Shown: positions 1-9,979 of the stretch, one piece after another
Numbering within the stretch: the first letter of the stretch is position 1
Layout: the number at the start of each line of letters is the position of its first letter
NCBI GenBank assembly: GCA_964490705.1
Contig: CAZBCG010000011.1
Span: 8,834 to 72,833, forward strand
DNA: 64,000 nucleotides
Reading direction: 5' to 3'
DNA from: an uncultured Balneolaceae bacterium
GTDB lineage: Bacteria; Bacteroidota; Rhodothermia; Balneolales; Balneolaceae
Made by a program: the position numbers and the translations under genes
The notes under the pieces: model-generated
Databases searched by the model: none
What the model was told of the DNA's origin: nothing
Seen by the model: the letters and a program-made list of their open reading frames with translations, nothing else

Positions 1-1
1 G

Positions 2-100
2 CAATTTGGGTGCATTGAGATTCCGGCTGACGAATACGAAAAAAGGCTCAACTCAGCAATACGCAAACAAGCAACGTTCGAAGCGGTGGAGGTACAGTAA
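2..100 (+). CDS. aat: 3' end of probable leucyl/phenylalanyl-tRNA--protein transferase (partial, runs off window start)
   Basis: Frame 2 reads QFGCIEIPADEYEKRLNSAIRKQATFEAVEVQ*, resembling the Aat C-terminal 'FGAxEIxRxEYxxRL' segment; only 32 codons visible. Confidence 0.55.
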   Translation, partial: QFGCIEIPADEYEKRLNSAIRKQATFEAVEVQ

Positions 101-166
101 ACAGTTACCAGTTAACAATAGTGGGTTTGCCAACTGATAAATGAAGACTGTTGAACTGTTAACTGT
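94..166. repeat. Inverted pair of degenerate heptamer arrays (ACAGTTA / TAACTGT)
   Basis: Left ACAGTAA ACAGTTA CCAGTTA ACAATAG; right CAACTGA TAAATGA AGACTGT t GAACTGT TAACTGT; lies between convergent stop codons. Confidence 0.8.
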
Positions 167-168
167 AA

Positions 169-1374
169 TTAGTATTCCTGAACCTGAATTTGATCCATCA
201 CTTGGTTGCGACTCATGCTGCCCTTGTCCATAGCATCAAGCTGCGATTTCCGAATTTGCAGATCCAATCGCTCGGGTATCTCATTATATCGGCTGGGCAG
301 GTTGACGGACACCAAAATATGCTGGCTGGATTCGATCGAGCTGAGCGTGCGACCGTAATCAACAAGATATCCTTTTAGATCTTTAACAAATTGATTGTAG
401 GCTATAAGAGTTTTTTTCCTGGCCTTTTTTTGATTATCGAAATCAGTACTATCTAAGGTCTGTTTAATTTCAATTTTGTTTATCTTGATACTGTCGCTTA
501 GAGCAGTGAGATCTTCCCTAAGCTTGTTGAGCTGGAGGTCAAGGCCTGAAATATTCCAGTCATTTTGCTGAGCGTACCGCGCTTTGAAGGAAAAGAGCAC
601 GCCAAAGTTATCCAGTTTTAGATAGTCGACCGATCCTGCAATGCGGAATGTTTCGGAGTCAGAGTCTTCGAAGGCCGATTCAAAAATGCCGGCCATGACC
701 TTCAGGTCTTTGTGTGTTTGCTTGTTGCCCTCAGTAGTGCTGATGTCCAGCCGATTGTGAAACTGCTCATCACTCAAATCACCGGAACGAAAGGCTTGCA
801 GGTCAGACTTTTTTGCAACTACAGAAATAGTCGGGATGTTGTGCTTTTCTGCTTTTTCATCGTTACCATCTGGATGAAAAATTCCGAATCTACGGTCGGG
901 AGTGTTTGAGTTGTAGATCACCATTACTCTATCTGAGTTTGAGAGCTGTCCAATACTAGAGCCATAATCGCGCAAAAATCCGACAATCCTAGCAGTGATT
1001 GATTCCTCATCTATGTTTTTACCGTTGCTGTCTCCATACTGGAAGGAGTAGGCGAAACCTTTGCCATCGGCATCTGTTTCCATTACAAAAGCAGGTGATC
1101 CACCGGGAATGTTAAAAATGACTCCATATTCAGGGAGATATGTTCCGCGAATGTTGTCATTGCGTCCGAAAGAAAATCCCCCAGAACGAACGCGAACGTT
1201 ATTTCCACGGGCCTGCCAACGGGTTTTGAACATCTCTTCCAGGATATTTTCCATGATGTTGATATCGCGCTGCATGCGGTTGGTATCAATGTTGGATTGG
1301 CCGCTGGCGGGTTGCAGGCAGAACATTAGCAAAAGTACTGCAGCAAATGATGTAATTTTTGATAGGTAATTCAT
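169..1374 (-). CDS. Exported hypothetical protein with internal two-fold domain duplication
   Basis: 401 aa ORF, N-terminal signal peptide (..PASG/Q), third gene of the ECF sigma operon. Confidence 0.85.
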   Translation of the reverse strand: MNYLSKITSFAAVLLLMFCLQPASGQSNIDTNRMQRDINIMENILEEMFKTRWQARGNNVRVRSGGFSFGRNDNIRGTYLPEYGVIFNIPGGSPAFVMETDADGKGFAYSFQYGDSNGKNIDEESITARIVGFLRDYGSSIGQLSNSDRVMVIYNSNTPDRRFGIFHPDGNDEKAEKHNIPTISVVAKKSDLQAFRSGDLSDEQFHNRLDISTTEGNKQTHKDLKVMAGIFESAFEDSDSETFRIAGSVDYLKLDNFGVLFSFKARYAQQNDWNISGLDLQLNKLREDLTALSDSIKINKIEIKQTLDSTDFDNQKKARKKTLIAYNQFVKDLKGYLVDYGRTLSSIESSQHILVSVNLPSRYNEIPERLDLQIRKSQLDAMDKGSMSRNQVMDQIQVQEY

Positions 1375-1391
1375 AGCAATCGTTGTTTTCG

Positions 1392-2060
1392 TTAGTTTTG
1401 ATTTTGATAGCTGACGGTTTGCAACACTTCGCCCAGGTATTGGTTGGTCCGGCGCAATTTGTAGTTGGTATTTTCCTGCAGTTCATCCAGCGTTTGATTG
1501 ACGAGCTGCAGATCGTTCATGCGCTGCTCTTGAAAGTAGGTCACCACTTTTTGCAGCTGTTGTTGGTTTTGTTGATTGATGGATTCGGCATATTCTGAGA
1601 GCATTGCTGCATTTTCTTCCCGAATTTGACTCACAAGCGCATCCGCCTGTTCGGCAGAAAGCCCCTCGTTTACCGTGGGACTATATCCCAGGCTTACCGC
1701 AATGCCGTTTCCACTGGTATCAACATGGAGTTGAGCCGCCGATCCGATAAACAGAAACAGGATGAGTCCCGCTGCGGCGACAACGGCCGTTTTCCCGATG
1801 AAAGAATGCGGGAGTAGATTTTTGGCTTCTTGCCACCACTGTGAAAAGGTGCGTTCGCGGGGTTCCATCATCAGCAATTGCTGACTTGGTTCGGCCTCGG
1901 GCATTTGTTGCAGCAGCGACCGGGTTTGTTTGAGTTTGGTCAGCTCTTGCTCCAGCTCCGGGTTCTGTGCCAGGTAGGTTTCCAGTTTTGATTTTTCGGT
2001 GTCGGATATCTCGTCGTAGAGATAGTCCATAAAAAGTGAGCGGGCCAGTTGATCATTCAT
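1392..2060 (-). CDS. Probable membrane anti-sigma factor
   Basis: Start MNDQLARSLF overlaps the sigma factor stop (ATGAATGA); N-terminal 'DYLYDEISDTEKSKLETYL' anti-sigma-like helices without Cys/His ligands; one TM helix; coiled-coil C-terminus. Confidence 0.75.
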   Translation of the reverse strand: MNDQLARSLFMDYLYDEISDTEKSKLETYLAQNPELEQELTKLKQTRSLLQQMPEAEPSQQLLMMEPRERTFSQWWQEAKNLLPHSFIGKTAVVAAAGLILFLFIGSAAQLHVDTSGNGIAVSLGYSPTVNEGLSAEQADALVSQIREENAAMLSEYAESINQQNQQQLQKVVTYFQEQRMNDLQLVNQTLDELQENTNYKLRRTNQYLGEVLQTVSYQNQN

Positions 2061-2625
2061 AACGTAAAGTCTCCAGTTCGATATTCCATTGTTCAAAACA
2101 ATTGCGCAGCTTCGTTAATCCATAGTAGAGCCGCGATTTTACCGTGTTTTCGGGTTCGTCCAGGATTTCGGCAATTTCCCGGAACTTGAGTTCTTCATAC
2201 TCTTTCATGATTACCACAATGCGCTGCTCGGCCGGCAGTTGATTGAGGGCAACTTGCAGGATCGATCCCAGTTCGCTTTGCTGCACTTGCTGGTCGGGAT
2301 TGGCCGCCAGGCTTTCCGCAACGGGATGGTTGGGCAGCGCCTCCATTGAAGCCGATCGCCGACGTCCGGCGCGCTTGGTTTCATCCAGACACAAGTTATT
2401 GGCAATGCGGTAGATCCAGGCCGGGAATTTTTCGGCATCTTCCAGCGTATTGAGTTTTTTATACGCCCTGATGAAGGTCTTTTGCGTGATTTCCGTGGCC
2501 TCATCATGGCTGGAAAAGTAGCGATACGCAAAGCGGTGAATGCGCTGCTGCCATCGGTTTACGAGGTGATTAAACGCCTCGATGTCGCCGTTTCTAAAAT
2601 TCTTAACTAATTTTGCATCTGTCAT
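2053..2625 (-). CDS. ECF RNA polymerase sigma factor
   Basis: Region 2 (AFNHLVNRWQ, EITQKTFIRAY, FPAWIYRIANNLCLD) and region 4 (LPAEQRIVV, FREIAEILDEPENTVKSRL); start placed at MTDAK, exact start uncertain. Confidence 0.95.
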   Translation of the reverse strand: MTDAKLVKNFRNGDIEAFNHLVNRWQQRIHRFAYRYFSSHDEATEITQKTFIRAYKKLNTLEDAEKFPAWIYRIANNLCLDETKRAGRRRSASMEALPNHPVAESLAANPDQQVQQSELGSILQVALNQLPAEQRIVVIMKEYEELKFREIAEILDEPENTVKSRLYYGLTKLRNCFEQWNIELETLRYE

Positions 2626-2745
2626 TAATGAACTCCCGGGAGTATCACTGAGGAGCACCACACTGCAGAAGTGTATTGCTCCTGCCAACCTTAGGTTAAT
2701 ACTCTGTGATTGACACAGAGCATGTTGCGAACCATACATCAAAAT

Positions 2746-2770
2746 GACGAGACAGCCCGGCAAAAAGTTT
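2746..2770 (-). promoter_or_regulatory. Candidate autoregulatory ECF promoter AAAC-N17-CGTC
   Basis: Minus strand AAAC tttttgccgggctgtct CGTC, about 120 nt upstream of the ECF gene; matches the generic ECF AAC...CGT layout. Confidence 0.55.
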
Positions 2771-2939
2771 TAATTTTTTTACGGTTTTGAACAGCAGTAA
2801 TTATAGGCCGTGGAATTCTGAAACTTATTTGCATTTTGGCGCCCCAACTACTTGTTTCTATTATGTGATGCCAACAATTTAACTCCCTATTCTAAGGCTC
2901 GGCAAGCGAATCCCAAGAATAGAGAATATCATTCACTTG

Positions 2940-3827
2940 ATGAAGCTCCTAAAATTTTTACAGCACACAGCATTAAGTTCCTTGGTTTTGGCGATTGGGG
3001 CGGTCATGTTGTTAAGTAGTTGTGAGCCTTCCTTTTCTCCCATCAAAGAAAATGATCGCTATTATTCAATTTACGGATTTTTGAATGCCTCGGCCGACAC
3101 GCAGTTTATTCGTGTGGAAAAATTGCGCGACAGCCTCTTTTCAGATACGCCTGCCGATCTCGATGCACAGGTTCGATTAACTAATGTTACCACTGGACAG
3201 AGCCAAGTGATGCAAGACTCAATTTTTGAATATTCAGTGGGCAAAGCTCATAATTATTATGCAACGCTGGATATTAATCCCACAGAAACGTATTTGCTAG
3301 AAGTAAGCAACGATGACGAGACCGCAAGTGCAGAGGTCGATATTCCTGAGAGTTTCCCCGAGCCAAACCTGATAAATATGACAACTGTTGAAACAAGGGA
3401 TATCGATCGGTTGATAACATTAAAGGCCCTTTACTATGCTTCTGCAGTTTGTGTGCAGGGTGGTCCCAACGATCCCCCGTGTCCGGATAATCCCACCGTA
3501 TTTACATACGAGTATCAACATTTGCAAGACACGGTACACAGGGGCAATGGTGTTGTTCATACACGGATTGATACAACCGGTGACCTTGAAGAAGTGGCAC
3601 TGAGATTTTCAGAATCGGGATTTAATCTCCACAAAATTGAAATAGTAGTGGCAGCAGGAACCCAGGACTGGCCCGACTTTTTAAACCTCGATATAGAGGC
3701 TGCTGCCTTGCCTGATGTAGCCTCTAACGTTGAGGGAGGCGTTGGATTACTTGGAGGAGTGATAACTGATACCATTGCTATTCCACTGTCAGAGGGAAAT
3801 CTGCCGGAAAACAACATAAACAGATGA
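2940..3827 (+). CDS. Lipoprotein partner of TonB-dependent receptor (DUF4249-like)
   Basis: Lipobox LLSS-C; 'SNVEGGVGLLG' C-terminal motif; ATGA overlap with the receptor gene. Confidence 0.75.
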   Translation: MKLLKFLQHTALSSLVLAIGAVMLLSSCEPSFSPIKENDRYYSIYGFLNASADTQFIRVEKLRDSLFSDTPADLDAQVRLTNVTTGQSQVMQDSIFEYSVGKAHNYYATLDINPTETYLLEVSNDDETASAEVDIPESFPEPNLINMTTVETRDIDRLITLKALYYASAVCVQGGPNDPPCPDNPTVFTYEYQHLQDTVHRGNGVVHTRIDTTGDLEEVALRFSESGFNLHKIEIVVAAGTQDWPDFLNLDIEAAALPDVASNVEGGVGLLGGVITDTIAIPLSEGNLPENNINR

Positions 3828-6088
3828 GAAAGCGAAGTACTCATATCGGTATCGCTGGAGTTTGTGTTATTTTCCTGTATCTCTGTTTGCCGGCCTATAC
3901 CGTTGCCCAGCCAGAAGGGGTGACTCTGCACGGGTTTATTCGTGATGCCGAAAGTGCAGAATCTCTTAACGGGGCTAATGTGGTGGTCACAAACTTGGCT
4001 GATACCACCGAAACAAGGGGTACTGTAGCGGGCTCAAACGGCTATTATTATTTCAATAATCTGGAGTCCGGATCGTATGCCATACATGTAAGTTATGTGG
4101 GATATAACTCTTCGGATGATACCTTGAGCATTACCGGTGGAAAGGATAAGGTTACTCACACTGTTGAATTAACTCCCTCGGAACGGGAGTTGGACGAGGT
4201 GGTGGTAACAGGCACAAAAGGTGGGGCTACCACACTCGAAGCAGGCCGGCAACGGATAACGTCACAGGATTTATCCCGGATATCAACACCATCTGTAAGT
4301 GGTGATCTGGCTGACTATTTGCAAACGTTGCCCAGTGTAGTATCGATGGGCGACCGGGGTGGTCAGCTATTTATACGCGGCGGAGCGCCCGACCAAAACA
4401 TGGTGTTTATGGACAGGATTTTGGTCTATAGGCCGTTTCACATTTCGGGATTTTATTCTGCATTTCCCCAGGAAATTATTTCCAGCGCTGATGTATATGC
4501 GGGAGGATTCCCCGCGAAATACAGCGGCCGTATTTCATCAGTAATTGATGTACGCATGCGCGGGGGCGATCAAAAGAAAATTGCCGGCAGTGGAACGCTC
4601 GGTCCCTTTTTAAGTGGTATTACTGTTGAAGGTCCTGTTAACAATAATGGGTTGTCGTTTATAGCCTCTGGACGTTTTTCGCAGATCGAACGAACGTCGC
4701 CTGTACTGTTGGGACAAGAGCAACCGCTCAGATTTGAAGATCAGTTTATAAAGCTACAGCATGTAGGGGACCAAAGCCGATGTGGTGTTACGGGCTTGCA
4801 CACATACGACCGGGGTAAAATTGATGCCAACAGAGGTGATGTTTTTCGCTGGACCAATTATGGATTTGGAGGTCGTTGCGTGTCTCTTACGACGGGATCA
4901 TCCTCGATTATGGATGTGAGTGTTAGTACAAGTTACACCGAAAATTCGGTGGGCGACAGTGATGATCCCGAGCGGGTGTCGAAGATCTGGAATGTGAGTA
5001 CCAATGTTGAGCTGGAAGGTCCGTTGAAAGGGGGGCATCAGCTGAGCGGTGGATTTCAGGGACGAGTAGAAAAGGCGTTCTATTCACTGGATGAGAAATT
5101 CAATGCTGCCGAAAATGGAGAGCACTTTGTTACGAATTTCACTGGCTATTTTACCTTGGATCTGGATTTACATGAAAACCTGGATATAGAACCCGGCCTT
5201 TCGGCGGGGGGTTCTCCCGACTATGGTTTTCGGTTCGAGCCCCGTTTTCGTTTTGCGTGGCGGCCATTTGGCAGCGAAGACGAAGAGCTGAATGCGTCCT
5301 TTGGCATCTTTCAGCAAAACCTGGTAGCCCTTTCCGATGAACGTGATCTGGGTTCTGCATTTAAAGCCTGGATGGCACCACCCGCGGATCAAGGACGTCC
5401 CCGTGCTGTGCATGCTATTCTGGGATGGCGACAAGAGATTGGTAACTTTAGCCTTACCGCCGAAGGATATCACAAAGAGATACAAAATTTAGCGGTGCCC
5501 ATCTGGAGTAATTTTGCCCGATTTACAACCGAAGTAACCCCGGCAGAAGGAACCGTATGGGGATTCGATCTCCGTGGTGAATTTAAGAAGGGTCCCATTT
5601 ATGCCTATCTGGGTTATGGCTTTAGCTGGACCGAATATACTACCTCTCAGGAACTCTTTGGCATCGGCAACCAGTCTTACCATCCACCACATGACCAGCG
5701 CCATAGTTTGAACGCTATTGTAAGCTCGGATCTTGGTTTTGCAAAGCTTGATGTACGCTGGCAATTTGGATCGGGAACCCCTTATACACGTCCCTTTGGC
5801 TTCGACAGTATGATACCGCTGCGTGATCTCCAGGATCCACGTGAAGAATACGGTATGTCCCGCCTGTTATTTGATGAGCCGTATGAAGCTCGGCTGCCCG
5901 TTTCTCACCGGCTGGATGTGAGTATGAAGCGCAAATTTGAGTTCAAGTTGGCGAACCTGACCGCCAAGGCCGGCGTTATCAATGCGTACAATCGGCGTAA
6001 CTTATTTTATTATGATTTGTTTTCATTCCGCCGTATTGATCAGTTGCCTATCATCCCGTTTGCAGCTATCGAAATTGCGACAAACTAA
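3824..6088 (+). CDS. TonB-dependent outer membrane receptor
   Basis: Signal peptide, carboxypeptidase-regulatory-like N-domain, 'LDEVVVTG', plug motifs 'LFIRGGAPDQN' and 'GGFPAKYSGRISSV', beta-barrel periodicity. Confidence 0.93.
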   Translation: MRKRSTHIGIAGVCVIFLYLCLPAYTVAQPEGVTLHGFIRDAESAESLNGANVVVTNLADTTETRGTVAGSNGYYYFNNLESGSYAIHVSYVGYNSSDDTLSITGGKDKVTHTVELTPSERELDEVVVTGTKGGATTLEAGRQRITSQDLSRISTPSVSGDLADYLQTLPSVVSMGDRGGQLFIRGGAPDQNMVFMDRILVYRPFHISGFYSAFPQEIISSADVYAGGFPAKYSGRISSVIDVRMRGGDQKKIAGSGTLGPFLSGITVEGPVNNNGLSFIASGRFSQIERTSPVLLGQEQPLRFEDQFIKLQHVGDQSRCGVTGLHTYDRGKIDANRGDVFRWTNYGFGGRCVSLTTGSSSIMDVSVSTSYTENSVGDSDDPERVSKIWNVSTNVELEGPLKGGHQLSGGFQGRVEKAFYSLDEKFNAAENGEHFVTNFTGYFTLDLDLHENLDIEPGLSAGGSPDYGFRFEPRFRFAWRPFGSEDEELNASFGIFQQNLVALSDERDLGSAFKAWMAPPADQGRPRAVHAILGWRQEIGNFSLTAEGYHKEIQNLAVPIWSNFARFTTEVTPAEGTVWGFDLRGEFKKGPIYAYLGYGFSWTEYTTSQELFGIGNQSYHPPHDQRHSLNAIVSSDLGFAKLDVRWQFGSGTPYTRPFGFDSMIPLRDLQDPREEYGMSRLLFDEPYEARLPVSHRLDVSMKRKFEFKLANLTAKAGVINAYNRRNLFYYDLFSFRRIDQLPIIPFAAIEIATN

Positions 6089-6100
6089 TTTGATGATTAG

Positions 6101-6823
6101 CTAAGGCGTTTTTTTGAGCTTTGTAAAGATAGTCTCACACTTTTCCCACAAGTCTTTCAGGTGATCGGGCAGGGAATCAGCTTTAGGTTCATAGGGTTTG
6201 AATCCCGTGGAATTATGCACATTGTAATACCAATGCTTGGCCCACACACCATCTTCGGGACGCGGACCTTTTTCCCAGCTGAGCATTGCTTCATCAAACG
6301 GAATGCCTAAATAAGCACACAGATCGGTGAGCTTAACTTCAGGATCCATAAGAATCTCTTTCGAGTCCAAAACCATGGGCTGCTGACCGATATCTGTGAG
6401 ATGGTTATAGAGCTCAAGTTGTTTGGCATAGCCCACATCGCGCATTGTCGGCTGCTCAACCTTTTTGGAGTAGGAGAGTAGCATGTCTTTGGGATCGCGC
6501 GTTAAAATCACGTTCACAGTGTCCTCTAAAAAATCCCAGTCCAGATCTACGAGATGGTGGGTCATCTGCTTAAAGAAAACGACCGGAGTGTCATAGGATC
6601 CAAAAATGATTTTTTTGATTACTTCATCGGCAGTGTTGGCTTGATTGGCAATTACCTCATCCGCACCGGGATGATACTCACGGGCATCCGTCGAAGTTAA
6701 GTAGTGGGCATAGAGCGGTTCATCAACGACAGTTGTATCGTTGCGCTGGGCGAAGGAGTACATCAGCGCGGTGGAGATATTTCGCGGGCCGCTCCACAGG
6801 CATATGCGCTTGGTATTAGGCAT
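6101..6823 (-). CDS. Sulfotransferase-like P-loop protein
   Basis: N-terminal 'LWSGPRNISTALMYSF', 'ILTRDP', 'LCAYLGIPFDEAMLSW'; overlaps the upstream aminotransferase stop. Confidence 0.8.
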   Translation of the reverse strand: MPNTKRICLWSGPRNISTALMYSFAQRNDTTVVDEPLYAHYLTSTDAREYHPGADEVIANQANTADEVIKKIIFGSYDTPVVFFKQMTHHLVDLDWDFLEDTVNVILTRDPKDMLLSYSKKVEQPTMRDVGYAKQLELYNHLTDIGQQPMVLDSKEILMDPEVKLTDLCAYLGIPFDEAMLSWEKGPRPEDGVWAKHWYYNVHNSTGFKPYEPKADSLPDHLKDLWEKCETIFTKLKKTP

Positions 6824-7745
6824 TGGCAGAATGTTCAGCGATTGCTTTGTCGATACGATCCTGATAAAGCTCCCGCAATTTCTTGGTTAGTTCGCCCGGC
6901 ACTTTTTGGCTGATGGTTCGTCCATCGACTTCTGTGACAGGTGTTAATCCCCCAAAACTGCCGGTGACAAATGCTTCATCAGCTCCATATACATCATAAA
7001 GCGAAAAGTTCTTTTGGTAGCAGGGAATTCCTTCATTCTCACAGACTTCGATAATTTTGCCGCGGGTGATGCCGTTCATGCAATACTGTCCGGTGGATGT
7101 CCACACTTCCCCATCTTTGACCATAAAAAAGTTGGTGGCGTTGCAGGTGCTCACAAAGCCATTAATATCGAGCATCAGCGCCTCATCAGCACCGGCTTCG
7201 AGTGCCTGAATAAGCGCTTGCACCTCATGCTGTTTGCTGTGGCAGTTGAGCCGGGGATCAAGATAATCGGGCGAACCCCGGCGAATAGTACTGGTAAAAA
7301 GGATAACGCCCTTGGTACTGCTTTCGGGATCAGCTTTTTTGTACTCAGGAATGATTACTAAGTTGGGACCTGAAATCGTAAGACGCGGGTCTTGGCTGGG
7401 GGTCTTTTTGATGCCCCGGGTGAGCATAATACGAACGTGCACATGATCGTGCATGTCGTTGGCATCCAGCGTTTTGCGAACTTTCGCGGTAAGTTCAGAG
7501 CGACTCATCCCAATGTCGAGTCCGATATTAGAAGCGCCATTCCAGAGTCGATCGAGGTGTTCATCCAGAAAAACGAGCACGTCGTCATGCAGTCGAAGTG
7601 CCTCCCAGACGCCATCACCGACTAAATAACCGCTGTCGAATACAGAAATTTTGGCTTTTTCTCGTGGCAGTAGCTCCCCGTTAATATAGATAAGTATTTC
7701 TTCGTTTCGGGGATCTTCAATCGCATTGTGCGTTCCGTGAGTCAC
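6816..7745 (-). CDS. Aminotransferase class IV (branched-chain/D-amino acid aminotransferase-like)
   Basis: 'GDGVWEALR', 'HLDRL', 'ADEALMLD', 'GITR', 'ADEAFVTGSFGGLTPV' fold-type IV PLP motifs. Confidence 0.92.
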   Translation of the reverse strand: MTHGTHNAIEDPRNEEILIYINGELLPREKAKISVFDSGYLVGDGVWEALRLHDDVLVFLDEHLDRLWNGASNIGLDIGMSRSELTAKVRKTLDANDMHDHVHVRIMLTRGIKKTPSQDPRLTISGPNLVIIPEYKKADPESSTKGVILFTSTIRRGSPDYLDPRLNCHSKQHEVQALIQALEAGADEALMLDINGFVSTCNATNFFMVKDGEVWTSTGQYCMNGITRGKIIEVCENEGIPCYQKNFSLYDVYGADEAFVTGSFGGLTPVTEVDGRTISQKVPGELTKKLRELYQDRIDKAIAEHSANA

Positions 7746-7780
7746 GACCGGATGTATTTTAGAAAATGAATGCTATTACC

Positions 7781-9703
7781 TTAGGCATTAAGTGATTTTG
7801 CGTGCATCACCTCTTTCACTTTTGCCTTAATGCCATCAGGATCGAGGCCTACCTCGGCATGGAGTTCTTCCTGCGTACCGTGTTCTACCACACGATCGGG
7901 CACTCCCATGATAGTGGTGGGAATGTGATGCGGTTTGTCAGCCAAATATTCCGTTACCGCACTGCCGAATCCTCCGAGCTTGGTACCATCTTCGACAGTG
8001 ATGATCTGCTCGTAGGTGCGACAAATTTCATCAACTAGATCGGTGTCCAGCGGCTTGGCAAAGCGCATATTAAAATGACCGATGTTGATGCCTTCTTCGG
8101 CCAGATCATCTGCTACTTCCATCACATAGTTGCCAAATGGACCGAAGCTCAAGACAGCAATGTCATCGCCATCTCTCAATTTTTCTCCTTTGCCGATTTC
8201 CATCGATTTAAAACCTTCGGGATAATCCATGCCGGTTGCGCGCCCCCGTGGGTAGCGGATGGCCCAAGCCGACTCGTCGTACTTGGAGGCCGTGTACATC
8301 ATATCGCGTAGTTCTTCTTCGTTCATGGGCGATGAAACGATCATATTAGGCACATTGCGCAGGTATGAAATATCGTACAACCCGTGATGGGTGGGACCGT
8401 CAGCGCCCACAAGTCCTGCGCGATCAATGCAAAAGACCACCGGCAGCTTTTGGATGGCTACATCGTGAATAACCTGATCGTAAGCACGCTGCAAAAAGGT
8501 GGAGTAGATAGCAGCAAACGCTTTTTTACCTTCGGCAGCCAGTCCAGCGGCAAAGGTAATGGAGTGTTGTTCAGCGATCCCCACATCAAAAGCGCGGTCA
8601 GGATATTTTTCCATGAGCGGCCAAAGACTAGAACCGCTGGGCATGGCCGGCGTAATGCCGACGATATCTTCATTTTCATCAGCAAGCTCGACAACCGCTT
8701 CCCCAAACACATGCTGGTATTTCGGCGGCTTGGGTTCGGTATCAGGATCAAGCTGTTTGCCGGTAATTTTATCGAATGGACTGCTTTGCGCATGCCATTT
8801 GGTTTGCTCGCGTTCGGCTGGTGCAAATCCTTTGCCTTTTACGGTAACGGCATGCAATAATTTAGGTCCGGGAATATCTTTGAGATCCTCGAGATGGCGG
8901 CGCATAGTATCCACATTGTGCCCGTCAACGGGACCATAATATTTGAAGCCGAGCGCCTGAAACAATCCACCCGGTGTAATAGCAGTGGTCACCGCTTTTT
9001 CGAGCCGCGATGCGACCTTGCGCATCTTTTCGCCGGCCGATTTAAAATGGCCGAGCATGTCGTAGATCTCATCCCGCAGCTTATTAAACGTTTTGCTGGT
9101 GGTAATCTCGGTCAAATACTCCTTGAGGGCTCCTACATTGGGATCAATCGACATGTTGTTGTCGTTGAGAATCACCAGGATGTCGGATTCCAGAAATCCG
9201 GCGTTGTTCATGGCCTCAAACGCCAGCCCGGCGGTCATGGCGCCATCGCCGGTGATGGTCACCACTTTCTTATCGCTTTGATCCAAATCGCGGGCAATCG
9301 CCATACCCAATCCGGCAGAAATAGAGGTGCTGGAGTGTCCTACGCCAAAGGTATCGTATTTGCTTTCACTGCGCTTGGGGAAGCCAGAAAGTCCGCCGTA
9401 CTTCCGGTTGGTGTGAAAGTTATCGCGGCGGCCGGTCAAAATTTTGTGCCCGTAGGCTTGGTGACCTACATCCCAAACCAAACGATCTTTCGGTGTATTA
9501 TACACATAATGCAGGGCCACCGTCATTTCGACTACGCCCAGACTGGCGCCAAAGTGTCCGCCGTGGATCGAAACGATATCGATGATGAAGTCGCGCAGCT
9601 CATCACAGACATCAACAAGCTGGTCGGGGTCTAGCTTTTTCAGGTCATCCGGTGAATCAATATCAGCCAGTAACGGGCCGGGCGTAATCTCTTCGAATTC
9701 CAT
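7781..9703 (-). CDS. dxs: 1-deoxy-D-xylulose-5-phosphate synthase
   Basis: 'GGHFGASLG', 'WDVGHQAYGHK', TPP motif GDGAMTAG..NDN, 'DVGIAEQH', 'DRAGLVGADGPTH'. Confidence 0.98.
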   Translation of the reverse strand: MEFEEITPGPLLADIDSPDDLKKLDPDQLVDVCDELRDFIIDIVSIHGGHFGASLGVVEMTVALHYVYNTPKDRLVWDVGHQAYGHKILTGRRDNFHTNRKYGGLSGFPKRSESKYDTFGVGHSSTSISAGLGMAIARDLDQSDKKVVTITGDGAMTAGLAFEAMNNAGFLESDILVILNDNNMSIDPNVGALKEYLTEITTSKTFNKLRDEIYDMLGHFKSAGEKMRKVASRLEKAVTTAITPGGLFQALGFKYYGPVDGHNVDTMRRHLEDLKDIPGPKLLHAVTVKGKGFAPAEREQTKWHAQSSPFDKITGKQLDPDTEPKPPKYQHVFGEAVVELADENEDIVGITPAMPSGSSLWPLMEKYPDRAFDVGIAEQHSITFAAGLAAEGKKAFAAIYSTFLQRAYDQVIHDVAIQKLPVVFCIDRAGLVGADGPTHHGLYDISYLRNVPNMIVSSPMNEEELRDMMYTASKYDESAWAIRYPRGRATGMDYPEGFKSMEIGKGEKLRDGDDIAVLSFGPFGNYVMEVADDLAEEGINIGHFNMRFAKPLDTDLVDEICRTYEQIITVEDGTKLGGFGSAVTEYLADKPHHIPTTIMGVPDRVVEHGTQEELHAEVGLDPDGIKAKVKEVMHAKSLNA

Positions 9704-9709
9704 AATTAC

Positions 9710-9928
9710 TTATTCGTTTTCATTTTCGTCGCCATGTTGCTCAGCTACATTTTCGATGCGCAACTCTGCCTCTTCAAGCGTTTGCGTGCATAATTTTGAT
9801 AGTTTGATGCCTTCTTCGTACAGCTCGATGGATTTTTCCAGTGATATGGATTCATCTTCGAGCTCTTGTACTATCGCTTCGAGTCTTGACAAAGCCTCTT
9901 CGAAGCTTGGTCGTTCCTTTTCACTCAT
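9710..9928 (-). CDS. xseB: Exodeoxyribonuclease VII small subunit
   Basis: 'SFEEALSRLEAIVQELE..LEKSIELYEEGIKLSKLC..L..AE'; typical position upstream of dxs. Confidence 0.96.
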   Translation of the reverse strand: MSEKERPSFEEALSRLEAIVQELEDESISLEKSIELYEEGIKLSKLCTQTLEEAELRIENVAEQHGDENENE

Positions 9929-9979
9929 AAAATGGATAATTGAAAAATTGCATGGCAGAAACCATAAAAATAAAAAGGT

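Noticed and set aside
8894..9634. 246-aa ORF antisense to dxs
   Set aside because: Fully overlaps a conserved gene on the opposite strand and has no recognisable motifs; shadow ORF
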